Source: Psammoneis japonica
Taxonomy: Eukaryota
NCBI GenBank assembly: GCA_008632985.1
Contig: QPGO01000117.1
Span: forward strand, 1-64,000
Reading direction: 5' to 3'
Length of the DNA: 64,000 bases
A program made the translations under genes and the position numbers. Shown in pieces: positions 44,761-57,214 of the stretch (the stretch's first letter is position 1; each line of letters begins with the position of its first letter). The notes beneath the pieces were generated by a model that did not search any database, was not told the DNA's origin, and saw only the letters and a program-made list of their open reading frames with translations.

Positions 44761-47691
44761 TTACAAGCTTCTCACCTGGAACTGTCGAGAACATCCACTA
44801 AAATCAGAAGTACCACCGAACAGGATCTTTCTTGTTCCAAAATGACATATCCGATACACGCCTATCGGCGTTTCAGAGTGAATATCCCAGGTAATTTCAG
44901 CAAAAGAAGAGCCTTTCAGGATATCTTCCTTCCAGAAAAACCGCGTACACCAATCGCCATCGACGTACTTTGTTGTCCATGTGCCATCGTCTTGGTTCAG
45001 ACGGTCAACAGAAAGAAACGTATCTTCAATTCTTTGGTTGTTTCTGGGGTTTCCTGTTCGAAATGAAACGATAACCCTGTCACCAATGTTATACTCCTCT
45101 TTTGCATCGATCGCCATTGACCCGTACTATGGTGACAAGGAGACGAGATCTGACAATTTTAGAAAACTGATTCTCCTCGGGGTTCCAGAGGGAGAGTGAA
45201 AGAGCAACAAAGCTACAGCTCAAGGACGTACCTTCCTCCCGAATCCAATGGTATCAAACACAACAGGTGGGAGCAGCGATATCTGCTTCTGCGACAAGTC
45301 TTGAGGGGCTGGATCTGAGGCTGAAGGATTGTCTTCGAGTAGATCACGCGTGATACGTTCAAATTCTTGAATATAAGCCTTAGAGTGTGTGGCCCGTACA
45401 AAGTTGAAGCAGCCTCATACCTCTGGCCTGCATACTCCTCAATGGTCGTCACATAATGAGTATATGAGTTCGCCAACCCAGCAATCGTGACTATGGGATC
45501 TTTCACTCCTTTCTGAACTAGAGTGTCTCGGACTGCGCTGCGAAGTCGTCTACCAGCCATGGTAGTGAATTCAGAAGGAACATTGAGAATGAAAAGCTGG
45601 CCAACCCGAAAGATTGAAATAGGAAGAGTCGAAGAGACCCAGTCGTAAGGAAGCGTCACTGAGCCCAACTGTGCGAGAATGGGCTTCGGGGCCTGGCATT
45701 GATTATCATCTTTCGTTGGAGGAGAAAGAAAGCCAGACACAAGGTTCCAAAACGGATTTGGCTACGATTGCCCAGCAATGACACAATAAAAAGCGCAGCA
45801 AGTGAGAGTAAAATGAATAAAAACTTGTGAGATGTTGCGTGGGCCCCAACTTACACTGGTGGTACCCTGTTCAAAAATGGAGCTGAGCAAACATGAAGAG
45901 ACGCACGCGTCAGAGTGGAGAAAAGCAAAAATATAGTAATCCCAAACGTGTTTGATACAGTTTGCAGAGAACCCAGAGAGCCAGAAAACTTACATAGTGG
46001 GGCCATCCGTGGTGCCAGCAGCAAACGCGTACCCCAACGCAGCACTGCATGTAGTCGCAGTGCTTCCGTCATCCAAGAGAACGGCACGTTTCTCCATGTT
46101 AATGAACGAGTGTCGGAAATCAACGTCACCGCTAAGCGTTTTACTTGTTGCAGTATCCTGATAAAGCTCAACTGCCTTTTCGTACTGTTTGCGACTAATA
46201 ATCTCGGTCGACTCGAACATATCGTTGCCAGGGCCAAAGGCGATGCAGAGCTCACTTTTGCCGTTACAAGTGGATGATTCCACGTCACATGGCAATCCTG
46301 AAAATGCAGTAAATCGTTATGGAATCAAATAGAATTAGCACGTGCTGTGAGCTGATAAACTGGAGATTCAGGATAAATCGGTCTCACCGGTATCGATGCA
46401 TCGTGGTCCGTTGGTATTCGGAGATATATCCCCGAGGTTGGTCGAAGCAAAAGCACCAACGAACTTTCCTTTACCAGGTAATGTGTCTTTTCCGTTGAAA
46501 TGCTTTTCCATCAAATACGATGCGTATCCTTTGTTATCTCCTGAAATGAGCTACAACAACAGGACACCAAAACGGGAAACAGGGTGAGCAGGTAAATCTT
46601 CTTTCCTCTCCCTGTTTTACTTTTTCTCTCACTCACAGAGTTTGTTCTGTTCATGCTTGTTCCATGAACAGCAAACCAAGACAAAGCGCCAACATCTGCT
46701 CCATTTTCCGAAGTGAACTTGAGGAGCAGCATGGTCTTATCTGTATCACCTTCATCTGCATACTCATTTCGCTCGCTTTGGGGATTCAGCAAGTAGCTGG
46801 ACGGGGATCGGTTAATGTTTGAATCGAGTAAGGGGCCGCTCGACGCGTCAATGTTTCCAGGTTCAAGATTGTCATAGGCTCTAATTTTTTGCAGCAACGA
46901 ATCCATTAGAATGGTAACGAGACTATGACACTGAAACTTTTTTAATGAACGCACCTTTTAATCGACTGAGCAATCCCTTCTACAAAGGCATCCATGGTTT
47001 CATCCACAAAGCCAAGGCTTGTCACCTGGTACAGCGTGTACTGAAGAAAACCAGCGGGTCCGGAATGCGTGTGCGTCCCGCTAATGCTTAGGTTTTCCAA
47101 ATGGCATAGTGGTTTTCCTGAGTTGCCCTGCACAGGGAGTAGCTCTTGTAACCGACGGACGACGCGAATGTTTATCAAATCACTTCCCATGCCGGCGTCA
47201 ATGCTAACAAAGCAAATTGTTTCCTCTGGTTCAGCAAGTAGAGATGCCGTCTTCTCGTTCAGCCGTGTAGCATCGTTTTCGAATTGCCGACGCAAAAGAG
47301 ATCGATCGCGACCTTTTTCTTCATGACTTGTTTCTACAGTGCTAGCAATTGGCTGCTTTGCCACGATGAAGGCACGGGAACGCAAACGTTGATGAATCCC
47401 TTGCGCTTTTTGTGTTGGGTCTCCGTATCCCATAAAGTTGACATTTGCAGCAGGTCCTGTGCTGTAGGAATACAAGAGGCAAACGTCCACAGATTACATT
47501 AATTTGTCAAGCGTCAAGCAACAACAACAACAGACAGATGTAAATCCCTGAACTTACATGTCGTATATTCCCGTTCCAATCAAGTAATTACTACCGTCCT
47601 GATTCTGTGCAACTGCACACAACAGACAAGCCTGAAGAAGAAGACATTGCAAGAACACAGTGCGCATCATTGTCGCTGCCGACAAGGGCAT
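44761..47691 (-). CDS. Neutral ceramidase (ASAH2-like), multi-exon
   Basis: Motifs GTHTHSGP, WFAVHGTSM, AAGTTDGP, EFTTMAGRR and YEAASTLYGP. Signal peptide. GT-AG introns. Apparent frameshift near 45380. Confidence 0.93.
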
Positions 47692-48127
47692 GGTCGATTG
47701 GGTGTGAGGTGCAGTGAACTGCGTTGCCCTTACCACTGATCATGGTGGATGGTGGAAGAATGAAGAAAAAGCTTCCACGAATGAGCTGGCAACTTTAATT
47801 TTGGATTTGAAATTTTGTCAGAATTTGCAGGAATTTGTAAATTTTCAAAACAAACGGGATTCGGAAATCCACATGGCCAACGGAAAACTCACGAACCCCG
47901 TTATTTAATAATACTTTATATGAACCATCAATCTTTAATAGTTTTTATTCTAAATGACAAATTTTAACTGTCCAACCTACCTGCATGTTGCCGTACAGTT
48001 TTTCGTACAAAATTACGTGGACCGAGACTCTGTTGAAACACACTCTAAAAAAAGACGACAATGATGTTGTGAATACTTGTTTGATCACTACGTTACAAAG
48101 TCTGATTCTCTCTTTATACTTCCAACA

Positions 48128-51100
48128 ATGGAAGCCAACGGCTGGGACGATTCAGCCCGTCCCTCTAGTTCGATACGACCCCCGCAACACCACGCTCACG
48201 ACTCGGACGAGGATTGGTCATCCACGGACGGTTCCTTTCAACAAGAAACGGCCCCGTCATCTCCCTTTGGGCACATGACGTATGCTCTGCGTCGTCCTGC
48301 GGCCGTGGTTCGTACCAATAGCATTGGCTCGTCTGCCGAGACGAACAACAACAAGAATCCGAATGAACAAATTGGATTTCACCCCGGCCAGCAAACCCGT
48401 CACCGCTCCCCAATTCCTCCTCAGCACAAGGCGCAACTACAGCAACAGCAGCAGCAACAGCATGCTACGAGTAAACCAACCGCAGCACGCCGGACAGCAC
48501 CACGCATCCATCCGCAGCAGCAGCAACAACGTCCGTTGAAGTTTGGGAGTGTCGTGCGTCTGTTTGTCGTGATTGGAGGTTTGGGATATGCGGTGTTGAT
48601 GATGATGCTGTTCTCCAATCCCAACTTTTCGTCGGATTATCCGGTGGTGTATCCCAATTCCAATCGGCACTCGTTTTCATCACGACACGCGGCCGACATG
48701 GCGAGGTATGACCTTCGACGTCAATCGGAAAAGGAAGCCAAGAAGCGTGCTCAAGAGCGCCGACGCAAAACGAAACCAAAATCATATTCCAAACAAAATT
48801 TACAGCGCTACGAAATTCTACTGGCGGACGACGAACGCCGTGGAGCGGCCACACCGGATCCCATTTACATGGGACGCAAACAACCGACACCGGCAAGTCT
48901 TTCGGATCTCTGCGGAACGCATGCTCGCAACGCGTCTCTGTCGCATGCCAATTCCTATCTGGCGTACGATGCCTTGAATGAAAAGGCACGCGTCATGATT
49001 ACCGGCATTTTAAATCCCATTGGCTTTCATTTGGCACTCAAATTGCAACAAGAATGCGGCGTCCAAGTCATGACGGGAATTGATCCCATGTATCCCAACA
49101 CGGTGGCGAATCGTCTCGACATTTTGCCACGCATTCAAACGCTGGCCACCATGATTCCCAAAATGGTACAACCCATCGTTCTACCTTATATTGGCTTGAA
49201 TCCACGCATCAACACCAAACGACGCAGTGGAAAACGTCCGTTATTGTTGGACAGCACGAGAGAATTCAATTTGCTTTCGTTTCATCCCACTCACATTGTG
49301 CATTTGGCATCGTACACGCCGGAAATGTATCAAGACGTCAAGGCCCGTAAAGAGGGACGCATCAATGTCAATTCTCCCTATGTCAAGGACGAAACGTACC
49401 CACCCATGTATTATGCTCGTTCCAGCATGATGGCCATGGAACACGTGCTGAGTTCGGTTGCGGGTGAGGGAAATTTTCACAATCGACCGCACGTGACGTA
49501 TGCATCATCCTTGGATGTATCTTCTTCATCCTCTGGAAAGCAGGATTTTCATTCCAAACTCAAATTGGTGGATGAAGTCATGGCGGATGCCTATCATTCC
49601 ATCAAGGGTGTCACGGCGGTGGGATTGCGTTTGCCACGAGCCATTTATGGACCACACGGTAGACCCGATACGCCCGAACACGATTTGGCACAAGCGGTGG
49701 TGCGAGATTGGCATTTAGACGTGTCGTCGTCGTCCTTGTTGGACAAGGCCAATGTGACGAATGCCGAGCGAGACTTTTTGTTTGTGGATGGTATGTTGTT
49801 GTAAAACTGTGCAAAGATGGATATGTTGTGTGCAGATTATGTGTGATTGTTGCTCAGTTCCATCGCTCCTTTCATTATTGTTGTCGTTGTTGCAGACGTT
49901 GTGGACGCCATTATTGCAGCCATGCAGTACCGTCCCGAGAGCTCTTCGCCAGCCGTCTTTGATATCGGACCCGCTTCTGTCTCGTCTCTGAGTCGGGCGG
50001 CAGAAATTATGGAAAACTTGAAACCCTTGGGATCCCCACAAGTGGCGCTGTCGACCTCGGTGCGTTCCGGACTCGACTATCCCAAGACAGCCAATTATCT
50101 CAAGTGGTCTCCCACGACGCCACTGACTCTGGGCATTCAAAAACTCTTGGCGTGGCACTTGGACGAAAAGAATCCCTACGGTGCACCGCTGCCCCAACCG
50201 AAATCGTACAAGCAAGCCACGCTGGCACCCAAACCAGAGTCGGCCTATGAAACGGGCGATGCCTTTTTGGAACGACACTCGGCACCCACGTGTGCCGTGG
50301 ATGATGTGTATTGTCATTTGGGATCGCTACCCTTGCCTTGCGTTTCCGAGTGCACCACCAAGACGCATTGTGCTCCGTCCGTGCTCGATGACATGCTGGA
50401 GCTATCCAAGGAAGTGACCAAGGGATGTGATATCATCATGTACACGCAGTCGCTCGGCTATGATGTGCAGGATTTGAATCTGGAATCGCAATACATGGAG
50501 GATGGGAAGCGGATTGTTTGTAACTTTGCCTTCATTCCCAAAGACAGCAAGCTGACCAAGACGGTGACGAAAAAGGTTCCATCCGAACAGCTTGAGAAGT
50601 TTGGTGTCAAGATAGACAAGGATCGTCCGATTGGGAAGAACGACGATTGGAAGGCCTTAATGGCCGCTTGCTGTACAAGGGTTGGATTCTCTTGTGGGTC
50701 GACGACGGATTGAAACCACTCTCACAGGCGGATGAGTACTTGTTGAAAATGACACCGGCAAAATTTTTTGCCAAGAGTGTCACGCATGCCATGTACGTGT
50801 CGGAAGACTTTCCAGTGACACCCAACATTCAGGATGTGCTGTTTCTTGCCGATGAGACGTTTCGTCCCCGTTTCAAACGACGTTCTGTCTATCGCAACGA
50901 AGACGATGGCAAGAAGCACAAGTATGTGTTGGAGGAAGAACCAGAACGTCGAGCCGTCTTGCTCGCGTCTCCGCTGAAGAGAATGAAGATGGGCAACCAG
51001 CTGGACAAGACGGAAAAGATGACCGTGCATGATGCCACCAAGTACATGATTTTTGAGACTGGTGGTGATCCAATGGCTGCGGAACCAATTGAGTTGCGAA

Positions 51101-51638
51101 AACAACGAGAATTCTACGAGCGAGTCCCTACCTTTGTCAATCGAATGGATATGCGTTCACCCTTGAGAACATTTATCACTATGAACTTCAGAATTGGATT
51201 CGTTCGCGATGGATTGTGCACGACTTAAGGGTGGATGAAGGCAGAGAGGTTCGGTGCAAGTGGTACAGTGAGCATGTTCAGTGGAACAATGAATTGGATC
51301 AGCTCAGTTTTGGTCATGTCATGAACATGCTGGAGCTGAAACGTCGCTTGGTTCGAAACGAGCCCGATGAGCGCGCTCGTAACGCGGAAGAACGGCCAGA
51401 AATATTGAAAGAGCTTACTGACGCACACGAGTGGCACGGAATTCTTGGTGTGCGCAGTCTTGCGGAGCTGAAGGAAGTGGAGCGCACTGCAAAAGAAGAT
51501 GAGGTTGTTGAAGAGAATCCTGTTGAAGAGATGGAGAAGGATCCGATTTGGTATGTGAGAATATTGAGCGAACGCTTCATGCTACAGGCGAGAAAGGCGT
51601 GGGTCGAAAGACAAAGGAGAAAGATGAAAAAGCGTTAA
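48128..51638 (+). CDS. Type II membrane protein: NAD-dependent epimerase-like domain fused to a DUF616 (TOD1/MUCI70-like) domain
   Basis: TM helix. Epimerase fold motifs VMITGILNPIGFHLA, PTHIVHLA, IYGPHGRPD and RDFLFVD. C-terminal CKWYSE..DQLSF. Intron at about 49791-49895. Apparent frameshifts near 50650 and 51170. Confidence 0.65.
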
Positions 51639-51770
51639 GCTGGTTCTATAGAATCTGTTATTGTATACAGTGTTGCTCTCTAGCTAGTTGCTGTCTCTTA
51701 GGAGCTTTGCAATTGCGAATACACCAATGAATATTTAAAGCCTTCCTTCTATTGTTATTAGACGGCAATT

Positions 51771-54700
51771 CTATGAGGTCTTGTCACTTGACCAATAGGA
51801 AATGACGCCATTCAAGGTTATGGGATCTTTGAAGTCGATTTGCTGTGCCTTCCCATCTGCCACCATCTTCGGTAACTGATTTGAGAGCACGGCACTTTCA
51901 CCAGTGGCGCGCCAGACTGTAATGTGTGAGAAAGTATTGCTCGGCCCTGGAACGGAAAGTTTGTGCTCGTCGTTTGTGGCCGAAGCGATTGTGGCCGACA
52001 ATGCCGCCACTCTCTCACCCCACAATAAGCCATTCGCTGTCACCTCGACGGGATGGCCTTCCACGGCATCGTAATTCTCGCGCATTGTCTTCTGGTCCAC
52101 ATTATTGTGATGCGCCATAGTCACATGAGTATTCTTTATGAATCCAGGTCCCGAGAACATTTCTGCGCGTGATTCCTCTTCTTTTCCTTCATCGCATGCC
52201 ACGAGAAAGCGGGAGATGGCGGATTCGCTCGATTCTGCACAACTCTTCAACAACTCATGTACCTCAGTAACATTGACGTCAACCGACACGATTTTGATAA
52301 AGGGCCTACTAGGCTCTAAAGGCACCTGCAGGCCATCCAGGCCTTGCATTCGTGATTTCACTTGGGCAACAAACGACTGTCTAGATTCTTCAGGGTCGAC
52401 ACTTAGGCCGTCGAGCATTTCTTTGTGAGCACCAATTACCTTCCGCAGACGATCCTCGGTACGATCAATCTGTTCGTCTTGTTTGTTCTTTCCCGATTTC
52501 TTTTCCCATCCAACCTTATCCAACGATTCGGAAAGGAAAAGTGAGAACACGGACCGATGCAAAAACAGATTTCTGATGGCTGAATCATACCTGAACTTGC
52601 AGTGCTTCTATAAGAGCCGCTTCCAAATCAGGGGGCAAGGGCGGAAGACTCTTTTCAGCAAAGAAAGGAACTCTTATTGGCGGCATCGACGACATTGCCC
52701 CAGTTTTCTCCGTGCCCATTTTCAAAGCATCAACAAACTGATCCGCAGCTATTCTTCTATATAAACCAAAGAAACTCGCGACGATCATACATGCGTGTTT
52801 TGTTGCCCCATCAAGATTTCCGTTATGCGAACCTGCTGGTCGATCCAGTACTCTAGACATGCACACTGCTAGATAGTGTAGCGAGAATGGATAGTAGTTG
52901 ACAATATCTCGGTCAAAAACCCCATTCTTCAATCTTGCCCCTGTGATAGCCGTTGTTTGCACCGCAACGTCATCTGGAAGAACAGCGACCGCGACCCCTG
53001 CTGACGTCGAGAAAGCATTCCCTATTGATATCCAGGCGGTAGGAGGCGAGTTTTTATCGGCGACAATGACCGATGAGGGATCCATGTCCCTCTTCTGCTT
53101 GACATGTTGCCAGTACTTCTTATTCATTTTGTCACCTTCCAGAATTGATACCGTGCGTTTGGGCTCAGCACTATTTCCGTCATGCAAAGACGCCAGATCC
53201 GATGAAATGTGCTCAAGCTCTTGGTTCGTCTTGGAGTTACAGAGAGTGCTCTTTCCACTCCCTGGGATTGCCGGAAAATACATGAGCAGCCCTGGCCTTG
53301 TATCGGGTTGAGAAACAGCTTTCGATAGCGACCAAAGCCTTCTTAGAATTGCTTTCACGTCCTTGTTTTCCCTAAAGTCTTCTTGACTCTGGATACTGGG
53401 CATTATACCAGAAACTTCTAAGACTGCACAAGCATTTTTCCTCCATGATTGAGCTTTTCCATAAAGCATCGCGCGATCTTTGTCAGTTTGTTCCAAGACT
53501 TTCATACTCGTCATGTCACAGTCCACGAGAACAACAAATATCGAGTCTCTGAACTTTTTCAATTGCTGACGAACAGACTTCACCCCCACCCCAACACTGC
53601 CACTGTATATAACTCCAGCACCTTGCGGGGCAATCGATATTATCAGTTCACCCTCAGATATCTTCCCAATGTCGTTACGCTGCCGTACCCCATCGAGTTC
53701 AACTGAGAGATAGCTCGCAAATCGATCAGCTGTTTCGCTTTCCCATGAAACCACAATGACGGCACCACGAAAGGCGGATGGGGTCTTCCTCTTCCCAGTA
53801 GTTTTGATATGGTTATTATCGTAGAGGTCCCGAAACCGTTCAAAATGGTCGAGATAGAACATTGCATTTAACTGCAACAAGTTCCCGTCGCTGTGCGTTT
53901 TCGATGCGCTTCCTTCCATATTATCATAGGCGTACAGAGCCCAAGAATGAAAGAACGGTTGCCACTTCTTCATCCCTCCTTGTGAGATTTCCCACTTTTT
54001 CAATAGATTTATCGCGAATTGGTCAAAGGCATCTGGACCACCGCTTTTCAAAACAGAGAGGCCGTTTCGGCACACAAACGTTCGAATCATGTATGGCAGG
54101 AACTTCATTTTGAGAATCAGCGTGTCATCTTCATTGGTCTTTCCACGTAGTTCAGTCTTTGGGATAGGCACACCCGCATCGCATCTTCCTGTGGCGGTGC
54201 TACTACTGTCTTCTGTCAAGAGCTCCAAACAGCACCCGCGAAACAAGGCCATTTCTCCTTCGTTTCTTCGTTTATGAAACTTTTGAAACGTGACATCCGA
54301 GTGAACTTGAACGATACAGAGCCATCGGCTACCCTGTGGCTCCACTTCTCGAAAGATTTTGTAAGCTACCGGGCCTCTCAAGCCATCAAGAGTGGAAATC
54401 ATTTTGGCTATCCTTTCTGACTCGTTGTCATGGCATTGCATCTGTTCAACCATGTCCGGTAGGTTCACGCGGTCCCCGTCCTTTTCTCCACTCCAACGCG
54501 CTACAGTCCGTCGTTGATCCTTTCCATCACTTTCAGCCAAGACTGTCCCCACAGCTTCCCTGAAATTTTCGTCGTTGAGTCGCTTCCCGCTTGGTGTGTC
54601 AACCAAGCATCTATCAAAGATATCACGTACGTTTGTAGTCAGCACGGGTGGCAACGTTTTGGATGGTGCTTCCTCTGCAGTGACAAGGTCAAATGATGGT

Positions 54701-55731
54701 GGTGTTTCTGGTGGCACACTGGCCAAAATCTGCATGGACGCACGCGCTAGACGGTTCATGGATTCGAGTTGTTGCTCACGTCCATCATTGCCATAGGCAA
54801 CGAATCGAATGACAATACCTTCCAAAATGTTTCCTTGAAAGTCAACATGAGGGTACATGCTGCAGACGTGCGAGTCAGCAGACTCAGAAAGCGCTCGAAT
54901 CGTACTATCTGCTAGCCCAGTTTCCCGAGTCGTATCATAGAGACGAAACAAGGCCTCGACACTGGATGATTCCGCAAACACCCACGAATCATTGTGAGGC
55001 AAACGAAACTTTTGAGCCAAGGCTACCACTTCTGATGTGGAATAGAAGCGCTCTGCTTGCTTGTCGGCAACAGCCGTCAATATTAAAAAATCCTTTTTGG
55101 GAATATCGCCGTGATGGCCCAAGATGCTCGTTACGAGTTCAAACGCGAGCGTCAACCGATTCTGCAAAATGTAGCTACTGCATTCCTGAAACGCTTGTTC
55201 GGCACTAGTTCCCTTTTCATTATACCACGCTCGAAAAAAATGTTGACGCAGAATAATTTCTCCCACGTGCGTAAATTGGTTTTCGGTTGCATTCTTGCTG
55301 TAAAAGCGCTGCCCTCCACTCCATAGCAAGAGCGATCCAGACTGTTTGAGAGAAACTTCGAGATAGCCATCGTTAGACGTGACTCTTTCCTTCATCCGTC
55401 TTCGAATATCCTGGTTGTTGCGGGTTTCGTTCTCAAACTTTGGGAGGAAAATAGCTTCGAGTCTGAGCTTTTGGAGTCGTGAAGGAGGCTGCATGTTGAC
55501 AATCGATGTTTCCTGAATGGAGGCAGTCAAGTTGTCGACTGAACTGCTGTTTTCAACGGATTCTTCGTCGTCTAGTTCTTCTACGTGTCGCTTACGACCG
55601 CTCTGTTGATTTGCAAGGGGTAGCGTTTCGTCCTGATGCGGGTTTCCGATCATGTTTTGACGACGGCGGCTCCAGAAGTATTCTGCGGCCATCGTCGTTC
55701 GTCCGCCGCCGCCTACCCGCGCAGTGTTCAT
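51771..55731 (-). CDS. Plant-type tRNA ligase (Trl1/RNL: ligase-kinase-CPDase); intron approx. 52515-52590
   Basis: Ligase motifs EVSLKQSGSL, ELVTSILGHHG, QGNILEGIV and KMKFLPYMIRTF. P-loop FPAIPGSGKS and ADKN. 2H motifs HVTM and HITV. Confidence 0.85.
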
Positions 55732-55988
55732 GGATTTCCTATCGTTCTTGGGCTGGTAATCTTTTAGAAGGTCCTGCCGGCTTGCGAATGTTGAAGTACA
55801 GAGACTAGTGCTACATATTATCCGTATATATTTATACGTATGTACGACCAATATGAGAAGTTGTGTAGAGAAGTGTCAACTCAAGGTGAAGTGATTTGAG
55901 TGAACCTCGGTTCCGTGTTCCTTGAAAGCGCGAACCATTCCGCTCACAAATTCGAGAGAATCCAAAAACAAACGAACATCACCCCATC

Positions 55989-56768
55989 ATGAAGCTCGAC
56001 TCCCTCCCCGCCACGGCCGCCTTTGGTATTCTATCCACTTTGACAGGCCCAGTCATTGTACAGTGGTAAGATTATGCGATCTTCCTTTGTTAGAGGATGA
56101 GACGAGCGCTCCAGTCGCACCGGCAGTTGAAAGAACGAGTTGGTCGTGTTTGAGATGTTCGTCGCTGACACTGGGGTTCTTTATCTTTTCAACAGGTTCA
56201 TGCTACCGGAGAGTGCACCGTTCTTACCCGATATGGCTTCTAGCGATAAAGCGGTCATGACGTTCGAAAGAACGTGCCACATCGGCAACATTTTGGCCCT
56301 TTCGCTGTTGATTGCCTATTACGTCATGGAGCAGCCAAAGCTCTTCAAGCAAGACCACTACGGCTACTTCTTGGTCGCGTTGTTGCTCCAGCACGTGATT
56401 GAGCACTATCAGCACGAGACAGGGGGATCTACCACCGACAGCATTCTCAAAGAGAATCGCATTTGGACTACTTATGCTGTAGCTGTTTTTCACCTCTACT
56501 GTCTTACTCACGGGGATACCACAAGACCTACTTGCGCATGGCCGCTGAACCTTTCTTTGTCTACATGGCCTTGATTGGTAATATTATCGGCTTCCACGCG
56601 AGTTTCTCCACCAACTGGACGACCGGAACATACGTTGCCTTGCCAGGAGGCTGGCCGTACAATGTCCGCGTCGTCAATTTTTTTGCTTCCCTTGGACTCG
56701 TTGGTTTCCTCGTCAAGAAGTATTTCGACATTCACGGCGAACAGGCCAACAAGCTCAAGGCAGTTTAG
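55989..56768 (+). CDS. Hypothetical multi-pass membrane protein; intron approx. 56066-56196
   Basis: ATG at 55989, GT-AG intron, several hydrophobic helices, apparent frameshift near 56510. Confidence 0.6.
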
Positions 56769-57214
56769 TCAGCTTCCTTGCACGTGAAAAGTGATGCATG
56801 TCTCATTCTATTCTTCTTCCATGTTCCATCCATCCATGATTCATGATCTGTGATTGCGTATCAAGTGCATACTGATGAATTCTCCGAGGACTACATTCTT
56901 CAATCTATAGCATCGGCCAAAGGAGGTGGCTATACCGTACACAAGTACTTCTAGTAGTGAGCTGACCAGTTTCAAGTTATTCTCAAGAAGCAAACGATCG
57001 TCTTCAAGCGAAGCTCTCCTCAATCCGTTGTGGGCTAGCGTGCTCTTGTAGATTGAATTCATAAAAATAACAAGGTATGTATAAAATATTATATTCAATA
57101 TGTCGTGATGTTGAAAATCGATGGTGCGAGCGATGGAGCCATGAGGCCATGAGCCATCATACGCCGACAGCCGATTGCTAGCCTAGCGTTGCACCATTAG
57201 CTGAGGACATTGTC

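Noticed and set aside
11500..56520. Single-base frameshifts in DCTN1 (~11530), ceramidase (~45380), the epimerase/DUF616 gene (~50650, ~51170) and the membrane protein (~56510) as programmed frameshifting or pseudogenisation
   Set aside because: Scattered 1-bp indels in otherwise intact, unrelated genes are best explained by assembly errors. Read mapping would settle it.
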